Origin: Mantamonas sphyraenae STR306
Taxonomy: Eukaryota; Protista; CRuMs
Length of the DNA: 64,000 bases
Direction of reading: 5' to 3'
Assembly (NCBI GenBank): GCA_026936335.1
Contig: JAPMXV010000058.1
Location: 1-64,000 of the forward strand
Shown here: piece after piece, positions 31,833 through 47,334 of the stretch
Layout of the letters: each line of letters starts with the position of its first letter
Position numbering within the stretch: position 1 is the first letter of the stretch
Notes under the pieces: generated by a model
Seen by the model: only the letters and a program-made list of their open reading frames with translations
Told to the model about the DNA's origin: nothing
The model's database searches: none
Position numbers and translations under genes: made by a program

Positions 31833-33652
31833 TCACAACGAAAAGGCAAACATGTCGTTCTCGCCGTCTTCCGTGGCGCGTTCCTGGCGGCCTGGGATGC
31901 CCACTGCGTTTGACGCCCCCTGCATCTCGTGCTCCTCCTCGTCCTCCTCCAGTCTGTCGTCCTCTTCGTCCTCCAGGTCGTCCTCCTCGCCCTCGTCTTC
32001 CTCGTAGCGATCCTGAAAGTGCGCAAAGCGGTCGTACGTCTGGCTGCGCGACACGTACGAAAAGCCCTCAAAGTTGTATGTCAGGTGCGGCTCCACATAC
32101 GAGTCCACAGGGTCTCCCTCTGTGATTTCCTGGTCAAAGTACGACACATCATCTTCGTCGTCAATCTGCGGAATGAACGGAGGCTCCACCTCCATGTGTT
32201 CCATTGCATCCCAGTCGATGCCGGCGAAAAACGGATGCTCATGCAGCCCTGCTGCGTGGTCCAACCGCCCCTGCACATCTCTGTCCAGCAGGCCTCGAAT
32301 CAGCGAACGTGCATGCTTCGACAGGCCTGGCGGAAACTGCAACTGCCGCGAGATGATGTTACGCTTGCACCGCGAATCGCTTTCGTCATAGAATGGGTGA
32401 AGGCCCGTCAGCATTTCAAACCCCAGCACTCCCAGGCCCCACCAATCAACAGCCTTTCCATGGCCCTTGCGGTTAAGCATTTCCGGCGCTGTGTGTGGGG
32501 TTGTTGGTGGTTGGTTGTCCGCGTCCTCGTTGTGCGTTAGTCGATCTCTTCACTCTCCCACAAATGCCTACCACTCTGCCACTCTCTCATCCCCTTCCCC
32601 TCCACATACACATGTACGGCAACGTGCCGCAGTACGAGTGACTCAGATCATCGTCTCCCACTGCCTCCTTGGCCAGGCCAAAGTCAGTCAGGCAGATGTG
32701 GCCCTCGGCAGTGAGCAGTACGTTTTCGGCCTTGAGATCGCGGTACACAATGTCCAGGCTGTGCAGGTGCTCCAGTGCTAGCACCAGCTCCGCGAGGTAG
32801 AATTGCGCCTTTTCCGGCGAAAACTTCCCTTCCCGCTGCAGATGCCAGAACAGGTCGCCACCGCTGTGGTAGTCCATCACCAGGTAGAGCTTGGACGAGG
32901 ACTGGAACGCTGCAAACAGCGACACCACAAACGGGTAGTTGATTTCCGCCAACACGTTTCGCTCCGAGCGCGTGTGCTGGATTCGCTTCTTCTTCAGGAT
33001 CCTCTTCTTGCGCAGGCTCTTCATGGCGTACAAACGTCCGTTGTTTGCATTGCGCACCAGCATCACCTGTGCATTCCGTTCCGAGCCCATCCCCACGTCC
33101 TGTGTCAGCGCCCAACACCCTCTCCTGCTGCCGCCGGCGTTTTTCCACACCCTCTCCACTCGCGTATGCGTCCTTCCCTGCCTCGCGCAACCCCCACGTG
33201 CGTTCCAGTGCCATGCAAGCGTCCCTCTACACCGCCCGACTCTACCCTGTCCCATCTCCGCCTGTCCATGCACTGTCCGCGTGCGCACGGAACCGCCGCC
33301 CAGCGACTACTCACCTTGCCAAAGTTGCCACGACCGATCACACGCAGCAGCTCAAAATCAGCCAAGCCAATCTTGCCATCGTTGCCTTGGTACACCGTGC
33401 GCATGTCTATCCGCCACGCGAGCCCGTCCCGCCCTCTGTGTCAGTCTCTCTCCCTCAGTGCTCGTCTCCCTCCGCGCTCTTTTCTCCTCTCCGCGCTACA
33501 CACATACCCAGCGAGCTCGAATCCTGCTCGTACTCGTCACGGTCCTCCTGCGCCAGCTGATCAAAGTAGCGCTGGTTGGCAGAATGAGGCGTCGCAGACA
33601 GCTCGTTGCTGTGATGGCCCCGCCCGCCCGCGTACGCCTCCTCGGTGGCCAT
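31833..33652 (-). CDS. AGC-family Ser/Thr kinase (S6K/SGK/Akt-like), multi-exon; 5' end uncertain
   Basis: FELLRVIGRGNFGKV, YAMKSL, YRDLKAENVLL, DFG, SYCGT, DWWGLG and the hydrophobic motif FEGFSY, spread over intron-separated ORFs. Confidence 0.9.
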
Positions 33653-34245
33653 TGCGTCGTCCGCCTGTGCCGCCGTTCCCTGGCCCTCTCCCTGGCCCTC
33701 GTCATTCTTGCCCCACCGCAGTAGTTTTCCCAACAAAGATGTGTTTCTGTGCCGTGCCACACATGCGTCCACATCGCGTACGTCAGTTTCCGGCCCGTCC
33801 GTTCGTTCACGCTCGAACAAAGGTCCGCGTTCTCATCCCCTTCCCACCCACCCCCCCCACATCCCACGCTCATTCTACTCATCCCCTGCCTCCAATTTCG
33901 CTCTCATCTCTCTGAGCCCTCCTCTCACAGCCTCCTGTCCCGATCTCCGCCCTCCCAACTCACCCGTCACTCTGTACCGCGTCCACCGCAGTTGATCCAG
34001 ACGCGCCACCAGAAGCATCCAGCGGATTTTGCACGTAACCGCCGACCGCACACACACGCACATACACAAAACACGCTGTCAGTGTCACTCTTTCCTCTCT
34101 GACGCACACACACACATACACACACACACAGTGTACTCTCTCTCAATCTTCCCCACCGCGTTGCCCTGCCTCCCACTCACCATGCTCTGCAAGGTTTTCG
34201 CGTTTCTGCTGGCTCTGCTCACGCGTCCCACTCCAGCACAAGCCA

Positions 34246-35496
34246 ATGCGAACCCTCTTTCTTCTCCTCGTGACTCTCCTTCTTGTTGCAGGCTCTGCGC
34301 TCCGTGTGCATGTGTCTGTGGCCCACCCCGACTTTCAGGCCCTCCTTCAGAGCCACCATCAGCTTGCCACCCCGCTCACCTCCTACGATACCCTACGCGA
34401 GGCCATCTTCCTCGCACAACACAACCAATCGGTGTACCACGGCTCCACCGTGCATCACTCTCCCCTCCTTGTCCACACCCTTGCCCACTGGTCCCACTCC
34501 GACCTACCTTTCCTCGTCGCAGATCTCATCACCGCCCTCACTCTCGCCACCTTTTGTTACAACCACACCGCTCAACCCTCCCACTTTATTTATGCCCTCT
34601 GTCTCTACTTTCTCCACCCGTTTGCCCTCGCGACCTCCGTCGCCCGCTCCGCCGCTGTCTTCAACAACCTCCTCCTCGCACTCACCCTCCTCGCTGCCCA
34701 ACTCCGTATGCACATGGCTACCGCCGTCCTGCTCGCCCTCGCCACACATCTCTCTGTACACAACCTCCTTCTTCTCCCTGCCCTCCTCCTCCTCGCCAAT
34801 CCACACACACATGGGCCCTCTCGTCCCCGCCTACCCCTCATCCTGCAAACCCTCGCCACCCTCCTCATGTGGCTTGTCTTTGCCCGTCTCGCCACATCAT
34901 TCACCTCCTCCTGGGATTGGCTCCCGTCCCACCTCCGCTTCCAGCTCCTCATCGACGACATGCAGCCAAACATGGGCCTTTGGTGGTACTTCTTCCTCGA
35001 GATCTTTGCTCACTTTCGGCCCTTCTACCACTTTATCGCTCAGTACGCCGTCGCCTTCTTTGCCTTTCCACTTGCTGTCCGCCTCCATCGTCTGCCCACC
35101 CATCTCGTCCACATCCAACTCGTCGTCCTTGCCGCTTTCAAGCCCTACCCAGTCCTCGATGACTTTGTCTTTCACATGGCTCTCCTTCCCATGCTCTGGT
35201 CTCGTGTTTCTCCCCATTTGCGCTCCTCCTACGTTTGGCTCACCATGATCCTCCTTGCCTGCGTCCTCGAGCCCCTGTTCTGGCACGAGTACATCTACCG
35301 CGCTTCAGGCAACGCAAACTTTGTCTATGCCACTCACATGCTCTACATCATGGCACATGTCCTCATGCTCGTCGACTTGACCCGTGCTGCCGTCTTCCTC
35401 TCCGATCCCGATGCCTACACCGAGCAGAAACGAGTGAACGACGCACGCGCCGCCATTGCCGCCAATACCGCCGCCAACAAGACCAAGACCGAATAG
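34246..35496 (+). CDS. PIGU: GPI transamidase subunit PIG-U/Gab1
   Basis: Polytopic hydrophobic ORF with TLREAIFL, PNMGLWWYFFLEIFAHFRPF, FKPYP and GNANF motifs. Confidence 0.9.
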   Translation: MRTLFLLLVTLLLVAGSALRVHVSVAHPDFQALLQSHHQLATPLTSYDTLREAIFLAQHNQSVYHGSTVHHSPLLVHTLAHWSHSDLPFLVADLITALTLATFCYNHTAQPSHFIYALCLYFLHPFALATSVARSAAVFNNLLLALTLLAAQLRMHMATAVLLALATHLSVHNLLLLPALLLLANPHTHGPSRPRLPLILQTLATLLMWLVFARLATSFTSSWDWLPSHLRFQLLIDDMQPNMGLWWYFFLEIFAHFRPFYHFIAQYAVAFFAFPLAVRLHRLPTHLVHIQLVVLAAFKPYPVLDDFVFHMALLPMLWSRVSPHLRSSYVWLTMILLACVLEPLFWHEYIYRASGNANFVYATHMLYIMAHVLMLVDLTRAAVFLSDPDAYTEQKRVNDARAAIAANTAANKTKTE

Positions 35497-35558
35497 ACTG
35501 AGAGACAGAGATAACCTCATCTTGTCTTCCACCGTGTTTTTGTTGCATCCCTCATGCC

Positions 35559-37339
<1,781 letters not shown>

Positions 37340-37385
37340 GGTTTGTTTTTCAGGTGTTCAGCACGCGCATTGCAAGCCCACGTTG

Positions 37386-39648
37386 TTACGACAGCTCAAA
37401 CGTGGCCCCTTCCTCACACGCAAGAAGCAGCTTCTTCCGCATCTCCTCCAAGTCTGTGTAAGGTGGCAGCTTCAGCAGATTCATGCATGTGGCTGCTGTT
37501 GGCAACCGGCCTGTGTCCGAGCCCACGTTGATCCCAATCGGCGGGTTCATCGCTCCAAACCCCAGAAGAGGCGGCCTCGGCACAGATGTAATAACTGAAT
37601 TGTGTTTTTTGGTCATGGTGTTGGCGTTGGGCGCGCATGCGTCAGTGTCTGTGGGTCCTCTGCGTGCGTGGCTGTTCGCCTGTAGCTTACACTTGCACAA
37701 GGACGCGCGCTGCTCGGGCGTCATGTCCTCCACAATCTCCCAGAACATGTCGATGGTCGGGTGGCGAGCGTAGTATCCCGGTCCATACTGCACGTGGGCA
37801 CGCATGTCCTCCACGTCAATCGGGACATTGGCCCCGCTGATGAGCAGCTGCAGCTCATCTTGCGAAAACATGGATAGCATGTGAAGCGGACTGTCACGCG
37901 CCGCAGGTGTCAGTCTATCCACACACAAGGAAACAAAGCCTCGCTCGCTCATTCGTACACTCTCGTGCACTCTACACATCCAACCTACATCACGTCGCCC
38001 AACCCCCGCATGAATGCCTCTGTCTGCGCCTTGATTTGCCCATCCAGCATCCACATCGACATCAACAGCACAAACTGGTGCTTGTTCTCCTGCGTCACTG
38101 CGATGTTGTTGCCGCCGGGCGTCAGTTCAACCTCTTCAAACTTGCCAAACGCGTACTGGCCATCATCGACCACAGTGAACGTCAAATCCAACTCCTCCAG
38201 GTCGCCTTCGTAGTTGCGAATGAATTGCATCGAGTTGTGAAGCTCCTGGTCCAGCGACGCAAGCTCGTTCGGATCGTTGTACTTGCCCAGCAACTTGCTC
38301 AGAAAGAACTTGGCAAACGGGATGTCCAACAGGACCCCCTCATAGATGGCCTTTCCCATCATGCGGCCCAAGAACTCAAACAGCTCCAGGTGCTTGTCCG
38401 ACACCATGTGTGACGCCGGGTTGGGGTACAGTCGGCCTCCGGGCGTCAGCTTGAACAGGCCATATTGGCTATCAAACGCATGCCGAGCCAGCTCCACAAG
38501 GAAGTCCTTGAATAGTCCGCCCCCGTCAATGCCCGCCTCTCCCTCAAACGTGACCTGAATGCGGTCGCGGATGCCCTTGCCCAGATGCCACAAAGACGCA
38601 AAGCCATCCTCCACAATATGGTCTCGTCGAATGGTCACATTGCGTCCAAACGTGTGGTAGTAGCCAGTCGATTCTTTCTGGGCGTCCATCGTCTCGCGAA
38701 ACACCGCCACACGTGTTTCAAATGGCAACACCCACGGGATGTGCTGCAGCACCTGAAACGTCCTTGGCTGCGCCTCTTCTATGTACTGGCGCACAAACTG
38801 GCTGGTGTTCAAAGCCGTACTGGGCGCCAGCCAGCGCTCCACATCCAGAAAATGGATGCGCGAGTCGCGGTCGTACAGCTGATCCAACAGTTGCACCAGC
38901 CAACGCAACAGATTGTGCGGACTGCTCTGAGTTTGCACAGGGTGGAACAGGAAGCGCAGAGCCAGTTGATTCAGCAGTTCTGTCAGCTGCTGCAATTGCG
39001 ATGGAAGCAGACCAGCCGCATTCTCTTGAAACTCCTGGTCTGAGATCGACTGCAGGGCTGTGCTCAGCGTCGAACAGAAGAGCTGAAGCAGAGGCAACAC
39101 CAGATGTTCTTTCTGGCAGGCGCCCTCTTGGATGAGCTGCTTGATGTACGTCACATTGGCCACCAATGTCGCAAAAAGCATCTGCAGACCGCTCTTGCTG
39201 AAAGCAATCGACGGCATGATGTGTGCGTTCACCATACGCGGCCATCGCTCCATCAACACATTGTACAAGCTGCAGAACGCCAGAATCGGTGCCATCTCAT
39301 CGTCAGCCTCTTCCACATCTTCCTTCTCATCGTGCACTTCAATGTGGTACGCCATGCTCGCACGCTTGACGTCAATAGAGAACACATTCCACTTGGACGA
39401 TGTGTCCAACGAGGGCATTCGTTGCAGCGAAGAGGACGAAGAGGAAGACGAAGAACTTGAGAGCGAATGGCCGCCGCTGGTTTCTGCGGGCAGCAGCGCC
39501 TGGAAAATGCGTTGCAGGTGTTCCTGGCTGTACACAATGTTGATCAACACCTGCAACACGTCCGGGGGCTGTGGCGACGCGTTGACACCCGAAATGGGCG
39601 CAATTGAGAAGCCGTCGCCCTGGATTCCACCACGCCCACCACCAGCAC

Positions 39649-39679
<31 letters not shown>

Positions 39680-41179
39680 CTCTGTTTTGTTCCATGACCA
39701 CATGGACACATGGCCTTCGTCGTCTTGGTGGGCTTCTTCGCTGTGTTGGCCCAACCCCTCATCCTCTTCGTCCTCATCGTACGTGACCAGATCGCCACGC
39801 GTGTCTGCATTTGCATCCAGGTTCTGCAACGCCAAGTCGATGTTGCTGAGGCGGTGAACGTTTGTGGGCACGTGCCGGTACAGCTGCGTGAGCAGCGTGA
39901 CATAGCCGAGAACAATGTCCGCGTCGACATCGGCACCTTCCTTGAGGATGTGCGCATACGCGAGGTGCACCAGATTCCCAAGCAGCCATGACAGGGCTGA
40001 GCACGGCTCCCCCGTCTCTGCATCCGCCAGAAGCTGTGTAGGCAGTCGAGATGCGGTGTGCTGCCACGTCGACACCCCACGCCTGCCCACAAACGCCCCA
40101 AAAACCACACTCCAAAGCTGCGAGTCTCGCAGCACCTTTCGATGTGGCTTGCCCATTTGGGCCACAATGCGCGGCATCGTCAAGGCATTGGCAACAAACT
40201 CGGCAACCCAAACGGAGCATCGCTCGGTACCACGTTGTGTGCTTCCCAGATGCAGCAAGGGCCACAGCGCCATAAACCACACACCCTTGGAGTCCCTCGG
40301 ATGCCTCGGAAGCAGCCTCATGAGAGCAGGCACCGCCTCGTGCAACTGGGTAGCGACCCGGGTTGCAAATTGGATGTATGCATCACTGTCCGCAGCCAGA
40401 GTGTTCAGTTGCTCCTCTGCGGCATCCATCAGATGGCGTACAAGAGCCTGTGGTTCGTCCAAGTGTGCCACCTGTGCACAGCAAGCCAGGAGACGCCGGA
40501 GACGAAATTCCTGACAAGGATCCGGCGATGCATCCGCCGCAAACGAGCACAGCAGCGCTGAAAGCGCAAGAGAGTCGCAGGATGGATGAGTTGTACAGTG
40601 TTTGTGTCCCCAAGAGAGTTAGCGACTCGGTAGCGAGCAAGGTGGATGGCCGGCAGTGGGCGGAAGGCGGAATTGGGAGGAGGCCACACCCGAAACTCAC
40701 GATGCTCACGGTTGGCGAGAAGCAGCCGGCTCACGAGCTGCACGTGCTCTACGTCACTGGTACGACGCACGTCGAAGAAAAAGATGAGCCGTGCAAGCAG
40801 CTGGTCGACATCCACGTCGTCTTGTTCGGAATCGTGCACAAACGCTTCCCGCGCCTCCGCTTGAGCGGCTTGGCGGGCAAACATCGACCGCACGCAGCTC
40901 TGTTACGCATGATCCGCGCGACACGGACCATTGTGTTTATGAAAAGGGTATACAGATGTACAAGAGAGTCAGCAGAGCGGTGGTGGGGTGTGGCTTCTGG
41001 GAGGCGAGCAACAAGTCAGGACTCACCTGGATGCGAACTGCCGCCTGTTCTCTGCGCTTCTCTTCCTTGCGCTTCTCACGTTGGGCTCGATTGGAGGCCA
41101 GAAGCTGCTCCTTGGTGGCCTTCTTTTTGGATTTGCCACGCAAGGAGACCGTTTTGCGTTTGCTGCTGCCTGGAAACAT
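37386..41179 (-). CDS. HECT E3 ubiquitin ligase, UBE3C/UPL6-like, with N-terminal IQ motif; multi-exon
   Basis: N-terminal MFPGSSKRKTVSLRG..AAVRIQ; PWVLPFETRV, EAGIDGGGLFKDF, and RLPTAATCMNLLKLPPY with the catalytic Cys. The first three exons join in frame. Confidence 0.9.
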
Positions 41180-41234
41180 GGCGCTGCGGTTGGATGCGCT
41201 AGCGCGGCCAAATCGAGCCCACTCAGTGCAGGAC

Positions 41235-44200
41235 ATGTCGACACATGGATCGCGAGTGACGTTGAGTGGTCGGGCAAGAGCATCGGGACCTCCACGGCGG
41301 CGTGCGACGAGCCCTGTGCGCAAGGCTTCTTCAAGCAATTTGCGCCCCGGTGACACGTTGTCCAACAGCTCGCAGCAGCGGCCTTTGTCGGCATCAACAA
41401 CTTTGTCCAGCAGCAGTCGTCTCAGCAACGGCTATGGACGCGCAAGCGAGCCCGCAGGACCACGTAGGACCGGTGGTCCTGGGCGGAGACCTCTCAGCGC
41501 CAACACAGGGACAAGCAACAGCAAGGGCATGACACACCACGAGTTCTCAGCCTCATTGGATCAGCTGCGTGAACAAGCGCACGCCGAACTGCGTCGCTCG
41601 TCCACAGGAGCATCAAGTACGTCGCGGCGGACACCGGCCAAGGTCGGATTGGTTGCGGCGCCCACCAAGCACCAACGCGGAGGAGCCACCCTTGCGTTTG
41701 GCGACATGTCGAAGCTGGGTGGTGATACAAATGGACGCACGGGTCGACGCAAGTCCAGTAAGGGCGGGGCCAAGAAAAAGAGGAGCCAGAGTTTGCGTCG
41801 AAAGACGTTGAATGGCGCGCAGCCGCTGGGGCCGATTTCGGCCCCAGTGAGGGACGAAGTGGAGTTGAACGCCCAACGGCAGGCTTTGCGAAAAGATGTG
41901 CACGAGATGAACGACGAAATGATGGTGTTGAAAGAGGGAATGGCGCGCTTGGAGCACGAAAATCGTCAGCTCCGCACGCAGAAGGCCCGCTTGGAGGCCG
42001 AAGTGAAGAAGAACAAGAAGCACTACATGGAGACTCTGGCTACACGCGCTCAAGATGATCTCACTGGTGGCGCACGCAAGCTGTACAACAACGAGGCGCG
42101 CGTGGAAACGCTAGAAAACACTGTGAAAGAGCTGCGACGACAAGTATCCCTGAAGGAGGAGGAGGTGCGTAACTTTCGACAGTCGCTCAAGTACACAAAG
42201 ATGGACGAGATCCAGAAGGAGGCACAGGTGTACTTTGCAGAGATGCGGCGACTGCAACGGGAGCTGCAGCGCCGAGCGGATGTGCACGCACCAGCCAACG
42301 AAGAAAAGCGTGCATACAACGAGCAGATTCGTGCTCTGAAGGAACGTGTGGAGGCGTACAAAAACAGCGGCTCAGATGCACGCCTCGAGCTTGCCGAGAT
42401 GGAAGAGAAATACGCGGAAGCGAACAAAAAACTAAGCGAGATGCGCGAGGGGCTGTTGAAACGAGACGAGGTGATTGGGCAACTGAAACAAGAGCTGGCG
42501 ACACTGAAGCGAGATGAGTTTATTGCCAGCCAGAATGTGCGCCAGTTGGACAAGCAGCTGATGAGTGCACAGAAGCGGCTCGATTTTGAACGGGAGCAAC
42601 GGTACGCACAGGAGGAACAAGAGGCAAGGACATCGCGTCAGGCAGAAATTCAAAAACGACTGCTCCAGGAGGAAGAGTTTGCTAGAAACCCCATGGCTCG
42701 TAGTGGATCAACTTCGCGCAGGGAGAGCTTGCAGGAGAAGCGTCGCCGAGAGGAGGAAGAGCGGGAGCTTGAGGAGGCAGCGAAGCGGATCCAGGCAATC
42801 CAACGTGGTCGCATAGCACGGAAGCAGTACCAGAGCGAGAAAGAACGAGCAAACGCAGATCGACGCTTGTCAAACCAGCGCGGCAGCCGACGTGGTTCGC
42901 CTGTGAGGGAGGGTACATCACCGTCGCGCAGGGAGAGCTTGCAGGAGAAGCGTCGCCGAGAGGAGGAAGAGCGGGAGCTTGAGGAGGCAGCGAAGCGGAT
43001 CCAGGCCATCCAGCGTGGTCGCATAGCACGGAAGCAGTACCAGAGCGAGAAAGAACGAGCAAACGCAGATCGACGCTTGTCAAACCAGCGCGGCAGCCGA
43101 CGTGGTTCGCCTGTGAGGGAGGGTACATCACCGTCGCGCAGGGAGAGCTTGCAGGAGAAGCGTCGCCGAGAGGAGGAAGAGCGGGAGCTTGAGGCAGCAG
43201 CGAAGCGGATCCAGGCAGATCGACGCTTGTCAAACCAGCGCCAGCCGACGTGGTCGCATCGCGCAGGGAGAGCTTGCACGGAAGCAGTACCAGAGCGTCG
43301 CATAGCAAAGAACGAGCGAGAAAAACGCAGATCGACGCTTGTCGAACCAGCGCGGCAGCCGACGTGGTTCGCCTGTGAGGGAGGGTACATCACCGTCGCG
43401 CAGGGAGAGCTTGCAGGAGAAGCGTCGCCGAGAGGAGGAAGAGCGGGAGCTTGAGGAGGCAGCGAAGCGGATCCAGGCCATCCAACGTGGTCGCATAGCA
43501 CGGAAGCAGTACCAGAGCGAGAAAGAACGAGCAAACGCAGATCGACGCTTGTCGAACCAGCGCGGCAGCCGACGTGGTTCGCCTGTGAGGGAGGGTACAT
43601 CACCGTCGCGCAGGGAGAGCTTGCAGGAGAAGCGTCGCCGAGAGGAGGAAGAGCGGGAGCTTGAGGAGGCAGCGAAGCGGATCCAGGCCATCCAACGTGG
43701 TCGCATAGCACGGAAGCAGTACCAGAGCGAGAAAGAACGAGCAAACGCAGATCGACGCTTGTCGAACCAGCGCGGCAGCCGACGTGGTTCGCCTGTCAGG
43801 GAGGGTACATCACCGTCGCGCAGGGAGAGCTTGCAGGAGAAGCGTCGCCGAGAGGAGGAAGAGCGGGAGCTTGAGGAGGCAGCTCTTCGCATTCAGGCGA
43901 TGCAGCGTGGACGCATGGCACGCAGGCAGTACCAGATGGAACGGGAACGCAGGACGGCAGGTGGGCGTGATCGACGCGATCGCACGTCTCGCTCTCGCTC
44001 GAGCAGTCGCACACGCACAGGACGCACCAGCCGCACGCCGTCACCCAAGGGTCGCACACGGGGTACAGCCACCACACCCAAGGGAGTACAACGTCAACAG
44101 AGCAAGGCGGATCGCATGCGCGAGTACGATGCCAAGAGGCGTGCGGAGAAGGAGAAAAAGGCAGAGGAGCTGGCCGAGGAGGAGGCAGCTCTGCGCATCC

Positions 44201-47200
44201 AGGCGATGCATCGTGGACGCATGGCACGCAGGCAGTATCAGACGGAACGGGAACGCGCTGCGGGCAGGGATGGACGTGGCAGCACACGAGGATCACGTGA
44301 TCAAGGACCGACTGTGCGTCGCAATGATGAAGCGATGATGCGCAGTGGAAGACGCCACAGCCCAGCCGTATCCAAGGACAACGGGGGACCTGGTCGACAG
44401 GTCACACGGCAACGCAGCTCGATGGACAGGATGCGAGCGCAAGAGCGTCGCGAGAAGGAAGAGGAAGAGAAGGAGCTTGAGGAGGCAGCTCTTCGCATTC
44501 AAGCGATGCAGCGTGGACGCATGGCACGCAGGCAGTACCAGACGGAACGGGAACGCAGGACGGCAGGTGGGCGTGATCGACGCGATCGCACGTCTCGCTC
44601 TCGCTCGAGCAGTCGCACACGCACAGGACGCACCAGCCGCACGCCGTCACCCAAGGGTCGCACACGGGGCACAGCCACCACACCCAAGGGAGTACAACGT
44701 CAACAGCAAGGCATCGTATGCGTGAGTACGATGCCAAGAGGCGTGCGGAGAAGGAGAAACAGGCAGAGGAGCGGCAGCTCTGCGCATCCAGGCGATGCAT
44801 CGTGGACATGGCACGCAGGCAGTATCAGACGGAACGGGAACGCGCTGCGGGCAGGGATGGACGGGCAGCACACGAGGATCACGTGATCAAGGACCGACTG
44901 TGCGTCGCAATGAAGCCGATGCGAGTGGAAGGCACAGCTCTGCGTATCCAAGGACAGGCGACCTGGTCGACAGGTCACACGGCAACGCAGCTCGATGGAC
45001 GCATGCAGCGCAAGAGCGTCGCAGTAAGAGACGAGAAGGAGCTTGAGGAGGCAGCTCTTCGCATTCGCGATGCAACGTGGACGCATGGCACGCAGGCAGT
45101 ACCAGACGGAACGGGAACGCAGGACGGCAGGTGGGCGTGATCGACGCGATCGCACGTCTCGCTCTCGCTCGAGCAGTCGCACACGCACAGGACGCACCAG
45201 CCGCACACCGTCACCCAAGGGTCGCACACGGGGCACAGCCACCACACCCAAGGGAGTACAACGTCAACAGAGCAAGGCGGATCGCATGCGCGAGTACGAT
45301 GCCAAGAGGCGTGCGGAGAAGGAGAAACAGGCAGAGGAGCTGGCCGAGGAGGAGGCAGCTCTGCGCATCCAGGCGATGCATCGTGGACGCATGGCACGCA
45401 GGCAGTATCAGACGGAACGGGAACGCACTGCGGGCAGGGATGGACGTGGCAGCACACGAGGATCACGTGATCAAGGACCGACTGTGCGTCGCAATGACGA
45501 AGCGATGATGCGCAGTGGAAGACGCCACAGCCCAGCCGTATCCGAGGACAACGGGGGACCTGGTCGACAAGTCACACGGCAACGCAGCTCGATGGACAGG
45601 ATGCGAGCGCAAGAGCGTCGCGAGAAGGAAGAGGAAGAGAAGGAGCTTGAGGAGGCAGCTCTTCGCATTCAAGCGATGCAACGTGGACGCATGGCACGCA
45701 GGCAGTACCAGACGGAACGGGAACGCAGGACGGCAGGTGGGCGTGATCGACGCGATCGCACGTCTCGCTCTCGCTCGAGCAGTCGCACACGCACAGGACG
45801 CACCAGCCGCACGCCGTCACCCAAGGGTCGCACACGGGGCACAGCCACCACACCCAAGGGAGTACAACGTCAACAGAGCAAGGCGGATCGCATGCGCGAG
45901 TACGATGCCAAGAGGCGTGCGGAGAAGGAGAAACAGGCAGAGGAGCTGGCCGAGGAGGAGGCAGCTCTGCGCATCCAGGCGATGCATCGTGGACGCATGG
46001 CACGCAGGCAGTATCAGACGGAACGGGAACGCACTGCGGGCAGGGATGGACGTGGCAGCACACGAGGATCACGTGATCAAGGACCGACTGTGCGTCGCAA
46101 TGATGAAGCGATGATGCGCAGTGGAAGACGCCACAGCCCAGCCGTATCCAAGGACAACGGGGGACCTGGTCGACAAGTCACACGGCAACGCAGCTCGATG
46201 GACAGGATGCGAGCGCAAGAGCGTCGCGAGAAGGAAGAGGAAGAGAAGGAGCTTGAGGAGGCAGCTCTTCGCATTCAAGCGATGCAGCGTGGACGCATGG
46301 CACGCAGGCAGTACCAGATGGAACGGGAACGCAGGACGGCAGGTGGGCGTGATCGACGCGATCGCACGTCTGGTTCCACAAAGTCGCCAACACCCAAACA
46401 GTCACCGTCCGTGTCCAACTCACATCGTGGTGGACGTGGATCCCGTGGTGCTTCCCCCCAACGCCACGCTGCTGCCACGTCCCGCACACCAAACCAAAAC
46501 ACGGAGAGTGTTCGGCAACGGAAGACGCTGACCCAACGCGCCAAGACTCGAAAGGACGACCCCGAGGATGATTTTGAAAGGTTGGAACAGCACCGTGCCG
46601 CTGTGGCCATCCAAAAGACGTACCGTGGGCGCCAGGCACGTCGAAATGTCCAGCAGCAACAGCACCCGCAAAAGACAGATCAACCACCAGCACGCAGAGG
46701 AAGAGCTGCTCCAGTTTCCACCAAACGCCCCCAGTTCGTGAGCGACGACGACGAAGACGACGACGAAGACGATCTTGACGCCCTGTTGGACACGCCGCAT
46801 CGCACACGCGCACGTGTTCCAGCGCGCAAGGGACCATCCACATCCAGCATCGCAGCTCGTAAGCGCATCTCCACGGACGACGATGACGACGATGATGATC
46901 TCAACGCCCTGTTGGACACACCAAACACACGCGGCCGAGCACGTCCCGCTGCGAGTCCAGCAGCGCGAGCCCGCGCTGCTCCCACCCGCAACTCACGGCC
47001 TAGCTCCACACGCAGTGTCTCTACGCCTCCAGAAGCTGATTTGATTGACGACGACGACATTGACGACGATGATCTTGACGCCCTGTTGGACACGCCGCAT
47101 CGCCAACGCCGCCAGCGCGCAGAACCGAACCGGGGTGGCCCGCGATCTCGTGGCGCCGTACAAACACAACCACGTGCGCGTGGTCGTGCCGCTCAGGCTC

Positions 47201-47301
47201 CTTCGCCGGGTGGACCCCGTCGTGGCGCAAGAGCAGTCGCCCCGATTGACGAATTTTCGTCGGACGACGACGACCTCGACGCCCTTCTGGCTGAAGAGTA
47301 A
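41235..47301 (+). CDS. IQCE-like coiled-coil protein with a greatly expanded IQ-repeat region; frame broken at two garbled repeat copies
   Basis: LKYTKMDEIQKEAQVYFAEMRRL resembles the IQCE coiled coil, and there are many AA.RIQA..RG..AR IQ motifs. The ORF track splits at ~43.2-43.35 kb and ~44.7-45.07 kb. Confidence 0.7.
42712..43880 (+). repeat. Coding tandem repeat, 210-bp (70-aa) unit with one IQ motif, ~5.5 copies
   Basis: Near-identical units recur at 210-bp spacing, with one scrambled copy near 43190-43340. Confidence 0.9.
43871..46370 (+). repeat. Coding tandem repeat, 606-bp (202-aa) unit with two IQ motifs, ~4 copies
   Basis: The anchor TTGAGGAGGCAGCTCTTCGC occurs at 43871, 44477, 45043, 45647 and 46253. 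The second unit carries many small deletions. Confidence 0.9.
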
Positions 47302-47334
47302 ACGTTCCAGTGCATTCATTGACACTCACCTCTT

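Noticed and set aside
42712-46370. Repeat arrays as a CRISPR-like or guide array
   Set aside because: The units are contiguous in-frame coding repeats with no unique spacers.
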